DNA from: Octopus bimaculoides | Taxonomy: Eukaryota | NCBI RefSeq assembly: GCF_001194135.2 | Contig: NC_068984.1 | Span: 12,234,412-12,298,411 of the forward strand | Direction: 5' to 3' | DNA: 64,000 nt | Shown: positions 1 through 10,319 of the stretch, in pieces | Layout: each line of letters opens with the position of its first letter | How positions within the stretch are numbered: the first letter of the stretch is position 1 | Notes under the pieces: generated by a model | Told to the model about the DNA's origin: nothing | Databases searched by the model: none | Seen by the model: the letters and a program-made list of their open reading frames with translations, nothing else | Made by a program: the position numbers and the translations under genes

Positions 1-3000
1 ATTTGGCAGAGTTTCTACAGCTGGATGCCCTTCCTAACGCCAACCACTCAGAGAGTGTTTATACACAATATAAAACAATATATATCTTGAAATGATTTAA
101 TTAAAAATAAGGTTGGTGATCACATTTATTTATGGCCCATTATATAATGATTTAAAATCCAACTGAAGCTCAACTTCCTTTTATCTTTCTAGGGTCGATA
201 AACAATATTATGCTGTAATATCCTGAGTTAGTTTATTTCATTTATATTCATACGTATGTACACATACACACAAAACACTTTAACCTCAGGGTAAGTATCA
301 ACCCATCTAGAACAAAGTATGCCTAAACAGGGACTCTTGGAGAAAGAATACAGCTTCGTTAGTCATATGCTAAAGATATAGCAGATTCTGATATTTGGGA
401 CGATGAAACTGTACAAGACCTTCTTAAAATAAATTCAAAGGGTGACTGATTGTGTAAAAGATGATGCAGAGATCCAGACGCCTTTTTCTTTTCGCCTTCC
501 CAGCAAGTGAGTGATTCTAAAGCTTTTATCAGAAAATGAAAACACACCTACACAGATTTGTGGTATTGAGCCAAAGTAAGAAATCAAGATGGTGGAATAC
601 CATACAAAATGCTTTGTAGTGTCCAATCACAACCTTTTCATATCCTACGTTTAAAACCTACCATTTGTCCCTCTAAGTACCAGTTATGTATAGGGGTTGA
701 TGCAAGGAACTCTTCCTTATAATTCATGGCTTGTGATAGTGTAAAAAATCATTATCAATATTAACAAGGCAGGTTAACAACAATGTCGGACAGTGTTTAC
801 GTTCTCCCCTCCCATCTCCTTATCTTCCTATTTCGAACTCCAGAAGATTTATTTTCATTTCTTATTTTTCTGCTGATGGTAAAATAATCACCAGCAACAT
901 ATTGATATTTAACCAATAAAATATATATTGGTTCTGTAAGATATCTGGCCTCGTATCTACAGAACTAACGAGGTAACATGTACATGGTTGCTTAGCCCTG
1001 CTAAAATCTGTCCCAAATGACACACCTGCCATCTAAAAGAACACAAGACAAACTACAAAGACAACTTTATCACATGGTCGTCAAAAACATTAATCATAGA
1101 GTCACGCCAGGCAAAATGCTTAGTGGTATTTCGTTTGTCTTTACGTTCTGAGTTCAAATTCCGCCGAGGTCGACTTTGCCTTTCATCCTTTCGGAGTCGA
1201 TAAATTATGTACCAGTCGCGTACTAGGGCCGATCTAATCAACTAGCCCCATCCCCCAAAATTTCAGGCCTTGTGCCTAAAGTAGTATTAATTATTGTGTT
1301 GAACTCTTTGAACTGGAGAAAACACTTGAAATTATAATTAATCATTTTCATAATTTATAGAGATATATAATTTTAAATAGAAAGAAAGGAATCATGTGTT
1401 TGACTTAAAGAGATATCCTGTCTCAATAACCAATTACTATTATGAGTATTATTAATTGTATTGTTATTAGCACAATTGACACGTTGGTGTCTGTCAAGGA
1501 CACAGTTGTTTGTTTATTATGTTGAGATATAAGTATCAAAGAATGATACCAATATTGTAATCATTACAGAAATAGCAAAACATTACTTCTATGCTGTTTA
1601 ATATAGAAACAAACAATAAATAAATAAATAAAACACTCTTCAGATAAGTACACTACTTATATGATATTAACTTATAAATCTAGGGAAAACCCAACAAAAA
1701 AACAAAACAAAACAAAAAAAACTGTAAACAAATTATTGTCTGGCAACTAAAAATTATGTAATTCATTAATATATTTAAACATATACCTGATGAAAGTAGA
1801 TCTCTTGAACATGGAACTGAAATAAGAGTTTTCTAATCGTTTGATGCATTCACAATGTTCAGGTGAAACTGCAGCAATTTACATTCATAGAGAGAGAGCG
1901 AGAGAGAGAGAGAAAATTACAGTTTTATAGGAAATGTATTTTTAGTTATATGGAAAAAAAAACAGCAACAAAAATAACTAAGATTCTATTGTATAAGAGT
2001 GAAACGAAATTTTTATGTGGTCGGGTTTCAATGACCTACTTATGTCACAATCATCGAAGGTTGCAGTATACAGTCAATGAAATTTTTTCCGAATATTCTA
2101 ATCTTTCTTACTCATCATCAGTCAAATTTTCCAGATTTATTTGGTGAGGAAAGCAAATAAGAGAGACTTATAGTTTATTGAAATTGGAGGTATATTCATA
2201 ATAAAATGGAGAAAAAAATGTATGCAACTTTAGTTAAATTTTAATAAGATTGTGACCTGCTCCAACAAGTTCAAACAACTTGTTTTTCAACTGTACTATA
2301 TTCAAGGGCAAGACTTGTGCACAATTAGTTGTGTGAAATTCGTAAACAAATTTACAGAAATTATGATTAAGCGTTACTTGAATATTCTGCTTTGAACCAG
2401 TGAAAACTGAAGTGGGTGTTGTACTGAAGTATTTGTTTATTTTGATAGGGAATATATTATCACAGAAATGGCCCGCATCAAACAGTTATGCACAACCATG
2501 TTTTGTCTCTCCACAAACTATATCAATGAGTATACAATGGCACAAACTAGGAAATTACTAACCCATGGCTAAGAAATGATATGCTATCTGCAGAGATCTT
2601 TTATAATTGTCAATGTCACTCCCAATGATCATAAAAATTTATTTTACACGTAAACTTTTTCTTTTGAATAGGAAATGCAACTTTCTCAAGGGATCATTTA
2701 AATTGTCTCATTAAAGACATCTCGTGTATTTATTCATTTTTACCTGTTGTTGTTTTTGTTCCATGCTAATATGTATTAGACAAATATATTAACGAGGCAT
2801 CGTTTTACAGACAGATGCCCTTCATGTTGCTAACTCTTGCCTGTTTATCAAGTAAGGGAATTGTTATTCCACATCAAAACCAGTAGACAATTTGTTGATG
2901 GGAAATGAAGTCACTACATACAGCTCAGTTATTTTTGAAGAAGCACAAATGTAAACACACACGCATGCACACACGTATTACATACATATATGTATATGTT

Positions 3001-3472
3001 ACATACATACATATATATGTATATGTCAAGATTTGTGACCTAGTGGTTAGGGTGTTGCACTCATGATCACAAGACCACGGTTTCACTTCCTGGATCAGGC
3101 AGTGCATTGTGTTCTTGAACAAAACACTTTATTTCATGTTGCTTTGCGATCACTCTGACATCTGATGTGTAACACACTATGCACCTGTACAGGTAATGTC
3201 AATTTGATGGATCGAGTGCGTTAATGTACAGCATAAACAAGAGGTTGTGCAATCCCCATCGATTGTTTATAACAGGAGAGTCCACTGCATATGTGTGTGT
3301 CTGTGGGTATCTTAATAATACTAAAACTCTGGAGATGTTTATTTGTAATCGAAATATCTCAGAAATAATATATTTTATCTTAATTGTTTGCATATTTGTT
3401 TTCATACTTAACTTTGGCAGTGCAGTACAAATTTTTGTGATATTTGGACCTCTATTCATTAATGAAAACGAT

Positions 3473-4028
3473 GGATCTTTTTTAAAACGGGGGCCACATT
3501 TTTCATTAACGAAACACTTTGAAACTTGGAACACTGGTAGAATGGGTCATATAAAACATCTTTTTCTCTTAAAAAAAAAGAAATCTATAAATTATTCCAT
3601 GTTAAAGTTGTCGTATTTCTGTAATTTCAACCAATCACTGACGTCCATTCAGCCGATATACATTAAGTGCCAACTACATAAACAAACGATTCTGAAACAA
3701 TTAATCCTAACCCTAACCCTAACTCTAACCCTAACCCTAGGGTTAGGGTTAGGGTTAAAGCAAATTTAAAATGAAAAAAGCAAATAAAACGAAGAATCGT
3801 TTGTTTATGTAGTCGACACTTAATGTATATCGACTGAATGGACGTCAGTGATTGGTTGAAATTATCGAAATAAGACAATTTTTTACATGAAATAAATTCG
3901 AATACAAAAATATTTTTCTGTTCTATAACACAAAATAGATAAGTATACGAAGTTTGAAAGTCTTTCGGTACCAAAAACACTACGTAAAACATTAATGAAA
4001 AATGTGGCCCACGTTTTTAAAAAGATCC
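3473..4028. mobile_element. foldback/MITE-like element with central inverted telomeric repeats
   Basis: Inverted arms 3598..3693/3793..3889 and 3473..3509/3992..4028. Centre (CCCTAA)~5-CCCTAGGG-(TTAGGG)2 spanning 3706..3757. Confidence 0.75.
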
Positions 4029-4393
4029 AAAACGATTAAGCACAATTTTTGTTTGTTATTTCTTGAAAAAAAAACATGACTTCTGCAACGTCAACACACA
4101 TACACATATACAGAATATACACACATATAATGAATGTCATGGTGTGTCAAACAACACAAACACACGTCCGCTATCTGTGACATATACACACACATAGTCT
4201 TTGGGCTCTCTAAGGGGGAAAAAAAACGTTAACTTTTTGACACACACAATATTTTAATAATTTAGAAATATTTTTAACTGAATGTGATTTCAAAAATGTA
4301 AGTTGTTTGTACAGTAAGGGGTGTGTTGTCATGTTTACGTACATACATCAATATATATGTGTATATCTTTTTTGTATGTGCGTGTGCCTGTGT

Positions 4394-4499
<106 letters not shown>

Positions 4500-4777
4500 G
4501 TGAGTGAACGTGTGTGTTCTCATGTATGTGTAAGTGGCACTCTGTCTCTCTCTCTCTCTCAAACACACACGTCCATTTCATATATATGTTCATACATCTT
4601 TCACTTCCTCCTCTCTTTCACTTTAAAACAAAAGTAAATAAATAAAAAAGTTTTTCAGAAATTAACGAACAAAACCAGCTGATCTGGATGACAGTTCTGA
4701 GAGTCAAAGCGAAAGATCACCCCAAGGGAATACCGTTACAAATTTTTTTTCGAGTGCATTCAACTTATCTCAGCTCC

Positions 4778-4896
4778 AAAGATTTGGCTGCTATTTCTAG
4801 CATGCCCTGCTACCACATAACAGCTATTTGCGATAAAGGAACTGAAATACCTGCTACGTGGTAGTAGGGCGTGCAAGAAATAGCAGCCAAATCTTT
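4778..4896. repeat. 52-bp-arm inverted repeat (hairpin, 15-nt loop)
   Basis: 4778..4829 versus the reverse complement of 4845..4896: 46 of 52 identical. Confidence 0.9.
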
Positions 4897-4918
4897 CCTT
4901 TTCCGGGGAAAGGAGCTG

Positions 4919-4966
4919 TTAATGCATGATTTCGATGTCACATTCTTTGGAAGCATGCAAAATAAC
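4919..4966 (-). CDS. candidate terminal coding exon of the same unannotated gene (VILHASKECDIEIMH-stop)
   Basis: Very strong acceptor T10CTTTTCCAG. Phase 0 matches the 6802 donor. TAA at 4919-4921. Confidence 0.38.
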   Translation of the reverse strand, partial: VILHASKECDIEIMH

Positions 4967-5270
4967 CTGGAAAAGAAAAAAAAAACCCCACAAAACAAAA
5001 CTCCGTTGCTGGGTAACTCAGACTTTCTAGGTGACCCAACAGGGGCACAGGTAGTCTAGTACATACATACACACATATATATATATATATATAAAATTTA
5101 TAAATTATATAAGAGGCGCAGGAGTGGCTATGTGGTAAGTAGCTTGCTTACCAACCACATGGTTCCGGGTTCAGTCCCACTGCGTTGCACCTTGGGCAAG
5201 TGTCTTCTACTATAGCCTCAGGCCGACCAAAGCCTTGTGAGTGAAATTGGTAGACGGAAACTGAACTTGC

Positions 5271-5558
5271 TGTGGTGTTTGCGTACGAGTAGATGTAATC
5301 GCCTTACCTCGGTTTTCCTTTCCTCGACTGCGAGTCCGTCTTGCGGTATCCGATCCTTGAAGCTTGCCCCTACCCAAAGTACACCAGGAATAGCAGCTGC
5401 TTCTCCCAAACCTAGACCGTCGCTTAACACGTCTTGTCCTGACCGCAGCCCCGTTCGAAAAGGGCACGAATGCCGATCGAGGCTCCCTCTTCCCCTTTTC
5501 CTCTTCCGGTCGACTCGCCCTTCCGGTCAGCCTCCCCAGACACTGACGTCATACCACA
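5271..5558 (-). repeat. complete 3' LTR (288 bp) of the Gypsy element
   Basis: TG...CA termini. Its first ~150 bp match 6445..6580. Contains TGACGTCA at 5544..5551. Confidence 0.88.
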
Positions 5559-5645
5559 CGCCACCCTGATCTTAAAGATCACGTTCACCCCTACTCCAAT
5601 TTGAAGTCCGCCATCCAACCGGGCGGGCGCCCTACACGTCGAGAT

Positions 5646-6167
5646 NNNNNNNNNNNNNNNNNNNNNNNNNNNNNNNNNNNNNNNNNNNNNNNNNNNNNNN
5701 NNNNNNNNNNNNNNNNNNNNNNNNNNNNNNNNNNNNNNNNNNNNNNNNNNNNNNNNNNNNNNNNNNNNNNNNNNNNNNNNNNNNNNNNNNNNNNNNNNNN
5801 NNNNNNNNNNNNNNNNNNNNNNNNNNNNNNNNNNNNNNNNNNNNNNNNNNNNNNNNNNNNNNNNNNNNNNNNNNNNNNNNNNNNNNNNNNNNNNNNNNNN
5901 NNNNNNNNNNNNNNNNNNNNNNNNNNNNNNNNNNNNNNNNNNNNNNNNNNNNNNNNNNNNNNNNNNNNNNNNNNNNNNNNNNNNNNNNNNNNNNNNNNNN
6001 NNNNNNNNNNNNNNNNNNNNNNNNNNNNNNNNNNNNNNNNNNNNNNNNNNNNNNNNNNNNNNNNNNNNNNNNNNNNNNNNNNNNNNNNNNNNNNNNNNNN
6101 NNNNNNNNNNNNNNNNNNNNNNNNNNNNNNNNNNNNNNNNNNNNNNNNNNNNNNNNNNNNNNNNNNN
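5646..6167. other. assembly gap; other gaps at 17832..17841, 20165..20406, 24144..24153, 27927..28066, 34872..34973, 37401..37410, 42097..42640, 47738..48024
   Basis: Runs of N. Confidence 1.
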
Positions 6168-6444
6168 AGCAGTTCTTCCACAGGACCCCTCTCCAAGAAT
6201 ATCCCGTTCAGAATGCGGCCAATCTTGCTGGTAATTACTGTTCCTACCCAGCCGACCACGGTGGCCGAATCCGTCCGGATCTCGATCGAGTGCAGTCCCC
6301 ATCTCAGGGCCCTTTCAGCACCGCATCTAGTTCGGCGACATTGATGTGGTTGAAGTCGTCCGCTTTCCGTAGCCAGGCCGCATCCTCCACCTCAGCACCT
6401 TCGATCTCTAACACAACCCCTATCACTATACTGCTAGCATCACA

Positions 6445-6580
6445 CCAAACCTAGACCGTCGCTTAACACGTCTTGTCCTGACCGCAGCCCCGTTCGAAAA
6501 GGGCACGAATGCCGATCGAGGCTCCCTCTGCCGTTTTTCCCCTTCCGGTCAGCCTCCCCAGACACTGACGTCATACCACA
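6445..6580 (-). repeat. truncated 5' LTR of the Gypsy element
   Basis: Direct repeat of 5406..5558 with a short indel. Joins RNase H at a GTTTGG microhomology. TGACGTCA at 6566..6573. Confidence 0.85.
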
Positions 6581-6801
6581 CTTGCATATTACATTTCATC
6601 TCCCCCAAATACCACTTGTCTCTCATCCACTCATTAGTTTTGCTGTCTTCTCCAAACCCAAAATATTTGGTAAATTCTTACTATTACCTGTCTCACAAGA
6701 TGTGAGCATAGTTGTAAGAATTTAATGAGGAGGGATAGGTTTTTTTTTTTTTTTGGACAAAATATTCTTTCGCAGAAGAAAACAACCACCCAAGTCCTTA
6801 C

Positions 6802-6881
6802 CCTTTTTTCTACTCCATAAGGAATCCTTCTGACAAAATCCACAGACTGCTGGAACTCATCAAAATATATTCTAAACATTC
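6802..6881 (-). CDS. candidate internal exon of an unannotated gene (MFRIYFDEFQQSVDFVRRIPYGVEKR)
   Basis: Acceptor TTATGTTGACTTCTAG, donor AGG|GTAAGG. 80 nt open in phase 1 to 0. No homolog recognised. Confidence 0.42.
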
Positions 6882-7150
6882 CTAGAAGTCAACATAAAAT
6901 CATTTAACAAGAAAACCTTTCATATGAATGGTTTTACAAACCACATTTATGCCGAAAATACTAATTTCCTTAACATATAGCAAATGATGCCGTGTCCACA
7001 GGCAACCACACTTATTGTAATCACAAGTGATATATTAAATGTTGCAGAAGTACATCACTTGAAAATAATATTTGCAGCAATAAATAAATACCACAGCGAA
7101 GGTTATTTGGCATAACTACAGATATGTGCCCCACCGACTTTGTTGCCTGA

Positions 7151-7530
7151 TTTTTTTCCCTCATAACTTTCAGGAAAAAAGGTATATTTTAATGAAAATG
7201 TATACAAATGCCTTTCAAACAGCATAGATTACGATTAAAAAGAAATTTGTGGGAGGAAATTTTTTTCCGAGGGTGTAGGGAGAGGAGTTTCGGATCAAGA
7301 AGACCACGTAAGTTGGAATTTCTCCGTTTTGAAGAATTGGAAAAATCTCTGTCGAAACTGAGAAATTCCAATATATGTGGTCTTCCTAATCAGAAACTCC
7401 TCTCCCCACACCCTCGGAAAAAAATTTCCCCACAAATTTCTTTATAATCGTAATCTATGCCGTTTGAAAAGTATTTGTGTAAACTTTCATGAAAAGATAC
7501 CCATTTTCCCCTAAGTTATGAGGGGGAAAA
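7151..7530. mobile_element. long palindromic foldback element; further diverged arm copies at 7531..7695 and ~13160..13350
   Basis: TTTCAAACAGCATAGATTACGATT...GGAGAGGAGTTTC is mirrored by GAAACTCCTCTCC...AATCGTAATCTATGCCGTTTGAAA. Pairing continues to a loop of about 10 nt near 7350. Confidence 0.8.
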
Positions 7531-7787
7531 GTCGGGTCGAGTGAATTTTCCGAAACTTTTCTCCCCATCTCCTCGGAAAATTCTTTCCCATAAATTCCTA
7601 TATCCTCTGAATCTACAGCATCTAAGCGGTATTTGCTGAAATTTTCGTTAAAATATATCCATTTTTCTGGAAGTTATGAGGCAACAAAATCGGAGGGGTA
7701 CACATCTGTAGTTACGCCGGCTATTCCATGACCTGTGACTTGATGTATGCTTGCAAATACAGTTACATGTGATTTCTATATTCTTAC

Positions 7788-7810
7788 CAGGCTGATGAAG
7801 TGTGAACAAG
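7788..7810 (-). CDS. candidate 23-nt upstream exon (LFTLHQP), coding or 5'UTR; alternative acceptor would start the exon at 7903
   Basis: Acceptor CACTTCTTTCCATCAATAG, donor CTG|GTAAGA. Phase-1 end fits the 6881 acceptor. Confidence 0.3.
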
Positions 7811-9889
7811 CTATTGATGGAAAGAAGTGACGCTGTTGCAGCATATTTTTTTACTTGCAATATACGAACTGGTTCGTTCTTTGAAAGAAGCCAGATTAGC
7901 CAACTGAAAATTATTGAGTGCTTCTTCGTTTCCAGGATTCCACGTGAAAGTATTTACCATGGAAAAAGCAGTTGAGGTGCAGGCAAAAACTGGGAGTGTT
8001 TTTTTCCAATGAAATGAAACCATTAAGGAACAAAAGTAAATAATGACGGTAGATACTATAAAGCACCCAAGACAGGCCCAACAAATGTTTTGATTAGATT
8101 CTTAAGTAACATGAGCAAACAGGTAAAACATGGCAAGTAACTACTCACGTGTATCGAATGTTAACAGCAAATACACGAGATACAATTACTTACCAGGAAG
8201 AATTATGGCCTTTTGTGGGTTTTAACTTGTAAGTGGTGAAGATTTAAAACTGAATAAAGACCAGTATCATATATAAAGATTCTTAAGGTGTACCTGAAGA
8301 GTTTGCCACAAGAAATTGTCGATGCGCATATTTCCCCATGAAGAACTATTAATTAATTCTTTGGCATACACTCACAGCGTTTACGAAAGTTAAAAACCCA
8401 CGCAAAAAATTCACTTTCGCATTCGTAAACTCTTTCTTCAACACCCACAAGGAAATTACTTTCATTTTCAAGTATCGCTGGAAACAAAGTGAGTGTTGAA
8501 AGAAATAACATGCAGGCTGATGTAATCTTCTACTGCATGAACATGTGAGAGACTGGGTTCAGCAATTGTGATTATATATTTGTCAATCTAATTTATTCTA
8601 TAACTAACCAAAATTATATTTCAATTTTTAGGTATATATTTTTCATGCTACACGCAGATATTATGTTTCAGCCTTTTAGTTTTTCTGTTACTTTCATTGC
8701 TTTTCTATTTTATCGTTGTCGCTGCCCTTTTATTTTCATTTATGTCGCCTTTTAACTTCACATGTTTTTCACCCGAACCATTATCTACTGTGTTATCTAT
8801 GTTGTGCCCTCAAAATTCAATAAGCCTGTCTTATTGGAAATACCTCAAAAACATCTACAGGGAGATTTTTGGCTGTTAGTTTTTTTTTTAAATATCATTG
8901 TCCAAGACCCCTTTATTTGAAGAGACCAGAAATTGAAAGAAGAGAGCGAAAAGGACAGCGAGAAAGAAAGTAAAAGATGTACGTATATATGAAATGGACG
9001 TGTGCGTGTGCGCGTGAGAGAGAGAGAGAGAGAGAGAGAGAGTGAGTGAAGATGTGTGTCGTGATGACTGTTGTCTTTTAAGGTACACACACATAGAAAA
9101 TGTGTCGTCAACGTATAAAATGTTTACGATACTCTTTTACTTGTTTTAGTCATTTGATTGCGGTCATGCTGGAGTACCGCCTTTAGTCGAGCAAATCGAC
9201 CCCAGGACTTATTCTTTGTAAGCCTAGTACTTATTCTATCGTTCCATTTTGCCGAACCACTAGGTGACGGAGACGTAAGCACACCACAATCGGTTGTCAA
9301 GCGATGTTGGGGGGGAGGGGGCAAACAGAAGACACACATACATATATACATCCGTCTATCCTCAACTGTCTCAGGAACTGACAAACCTAGTTCTCTCTAC
9401 TGTAGAAGAGCTTCATCCACTTCCCTGTTGGAACTAGTTCATGTTGAAAAGGAGATGTTGCCTAACGAAGGGAAGAAAGCTGCCTGGTCGCTGGACTCCG
9501 GAGAGAAACCGACACTGACCAAGCATTAGAGTTCCCTGAAGATTAGGTTGTCAAAACATTGGAGAAACGACGAGAATTTATAAGGGACTAACTCTGAGAA
9601 AATACAATAACTTAGGAATTGACAAGTAATTCCAAAATATAAAAGAACCTTGGCCGGGCTCAATTGCCTAGTTGCTCAAGGTTAGCCATGTTGGATTGAA
9701 AGATGGGCTTGAAAGCGCGGTCAGAATGATGAGAGGAAGGAAGGAATATCGTCCTCGCAGTTGCAAGGACCTTATTAGGAGGGCCCTCCAAACAAGCATC
9801 ATCAAGATATCAGACATTCAAGTTCAGGTCAACTCCCATCTTCGTAACGTTATTAAATGTCAGTGCAAATAAAGTAGGTCCGAGCGGGC

Positions 9890-10319
9890 CGCGAAATTTT
9901 TTTTCCAATGAGTTCTAGATCCCAGTTAAAGACATCATTTGCATACAGCCAATCAGAGCTCATCTTGACCTTGTCGTCAAGGTTATGTCTGACAAGTATA
10001 GATATCGGATTTTGTTAGGGCCTCATATCGTAAAGATGTGGGTAGAGGGTGATGTGCTAGCAACCCTCCCCCCTTACTGTTTTACAAAGTAAACAACAAC
10101 ACAAATAATTACGCAGAGGTAGCCATGGTAAGAACAAGAACAACAAGCATTATTAAAAGAGAAAAGAAGCATGGTCATTCCTTACCCAAGTGACCTTATC
10201 TTATCGCCCAACACTTGTTATGCGCTCATAAATTAGTTTGATAGTTGAGCTCTGATTGGCTGTATGCAAATGAGTTCATCACTGGGGGTCCGGAACTCTC
10301 GTGGGAAAAAGATTTCGCG
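9890..10319. mobile_element. MITE-like element with inverted arms
   Basis: Perfect 28-bp inverted repeat at 9935..9962 and 10246..10273. Imperfect pairing extends to CGCGAAAT (9890) and ATTTCGCG (10319). Confidence 0.72.

Larger units (their letters stand above)
5271..6580 (-). mobile_element. internally deleted Ty3/Gypsy LTR retrotransposon
   Basis: Termini TGTGGT...ACCACA. 5-bp TSD CTTGC at 5266-5270 and 6581-6585. RNase H relic VWCDASSIVIGVVLEIEG...HINVAELDAVLKG from 6450. Integrase piece IGRILNGIFLERGPVEEL. Pol end SRRVGRPPGWMADFKLE-stop, then a purine-rich tract before the 3' LTR. Gap at 5646..6167. Confidence 0.9.

Noticed and set aside
3706-3757. Telomere-telomere fusion scar or true chromosome end
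   Set aside because: The polarity is CCCTAA then TTAGGG, the reverse of a fusion. The tract is only ~52 bp and lies inside a larger inverted-repeat element.
9531-9576. Second hammerhead-like motif CUGAAGA...GAAAC; a more decayed one lies near 20488
   Set aside because: Stem II does not pair and the cleavage triplet is GAC, so at best a dead relic.
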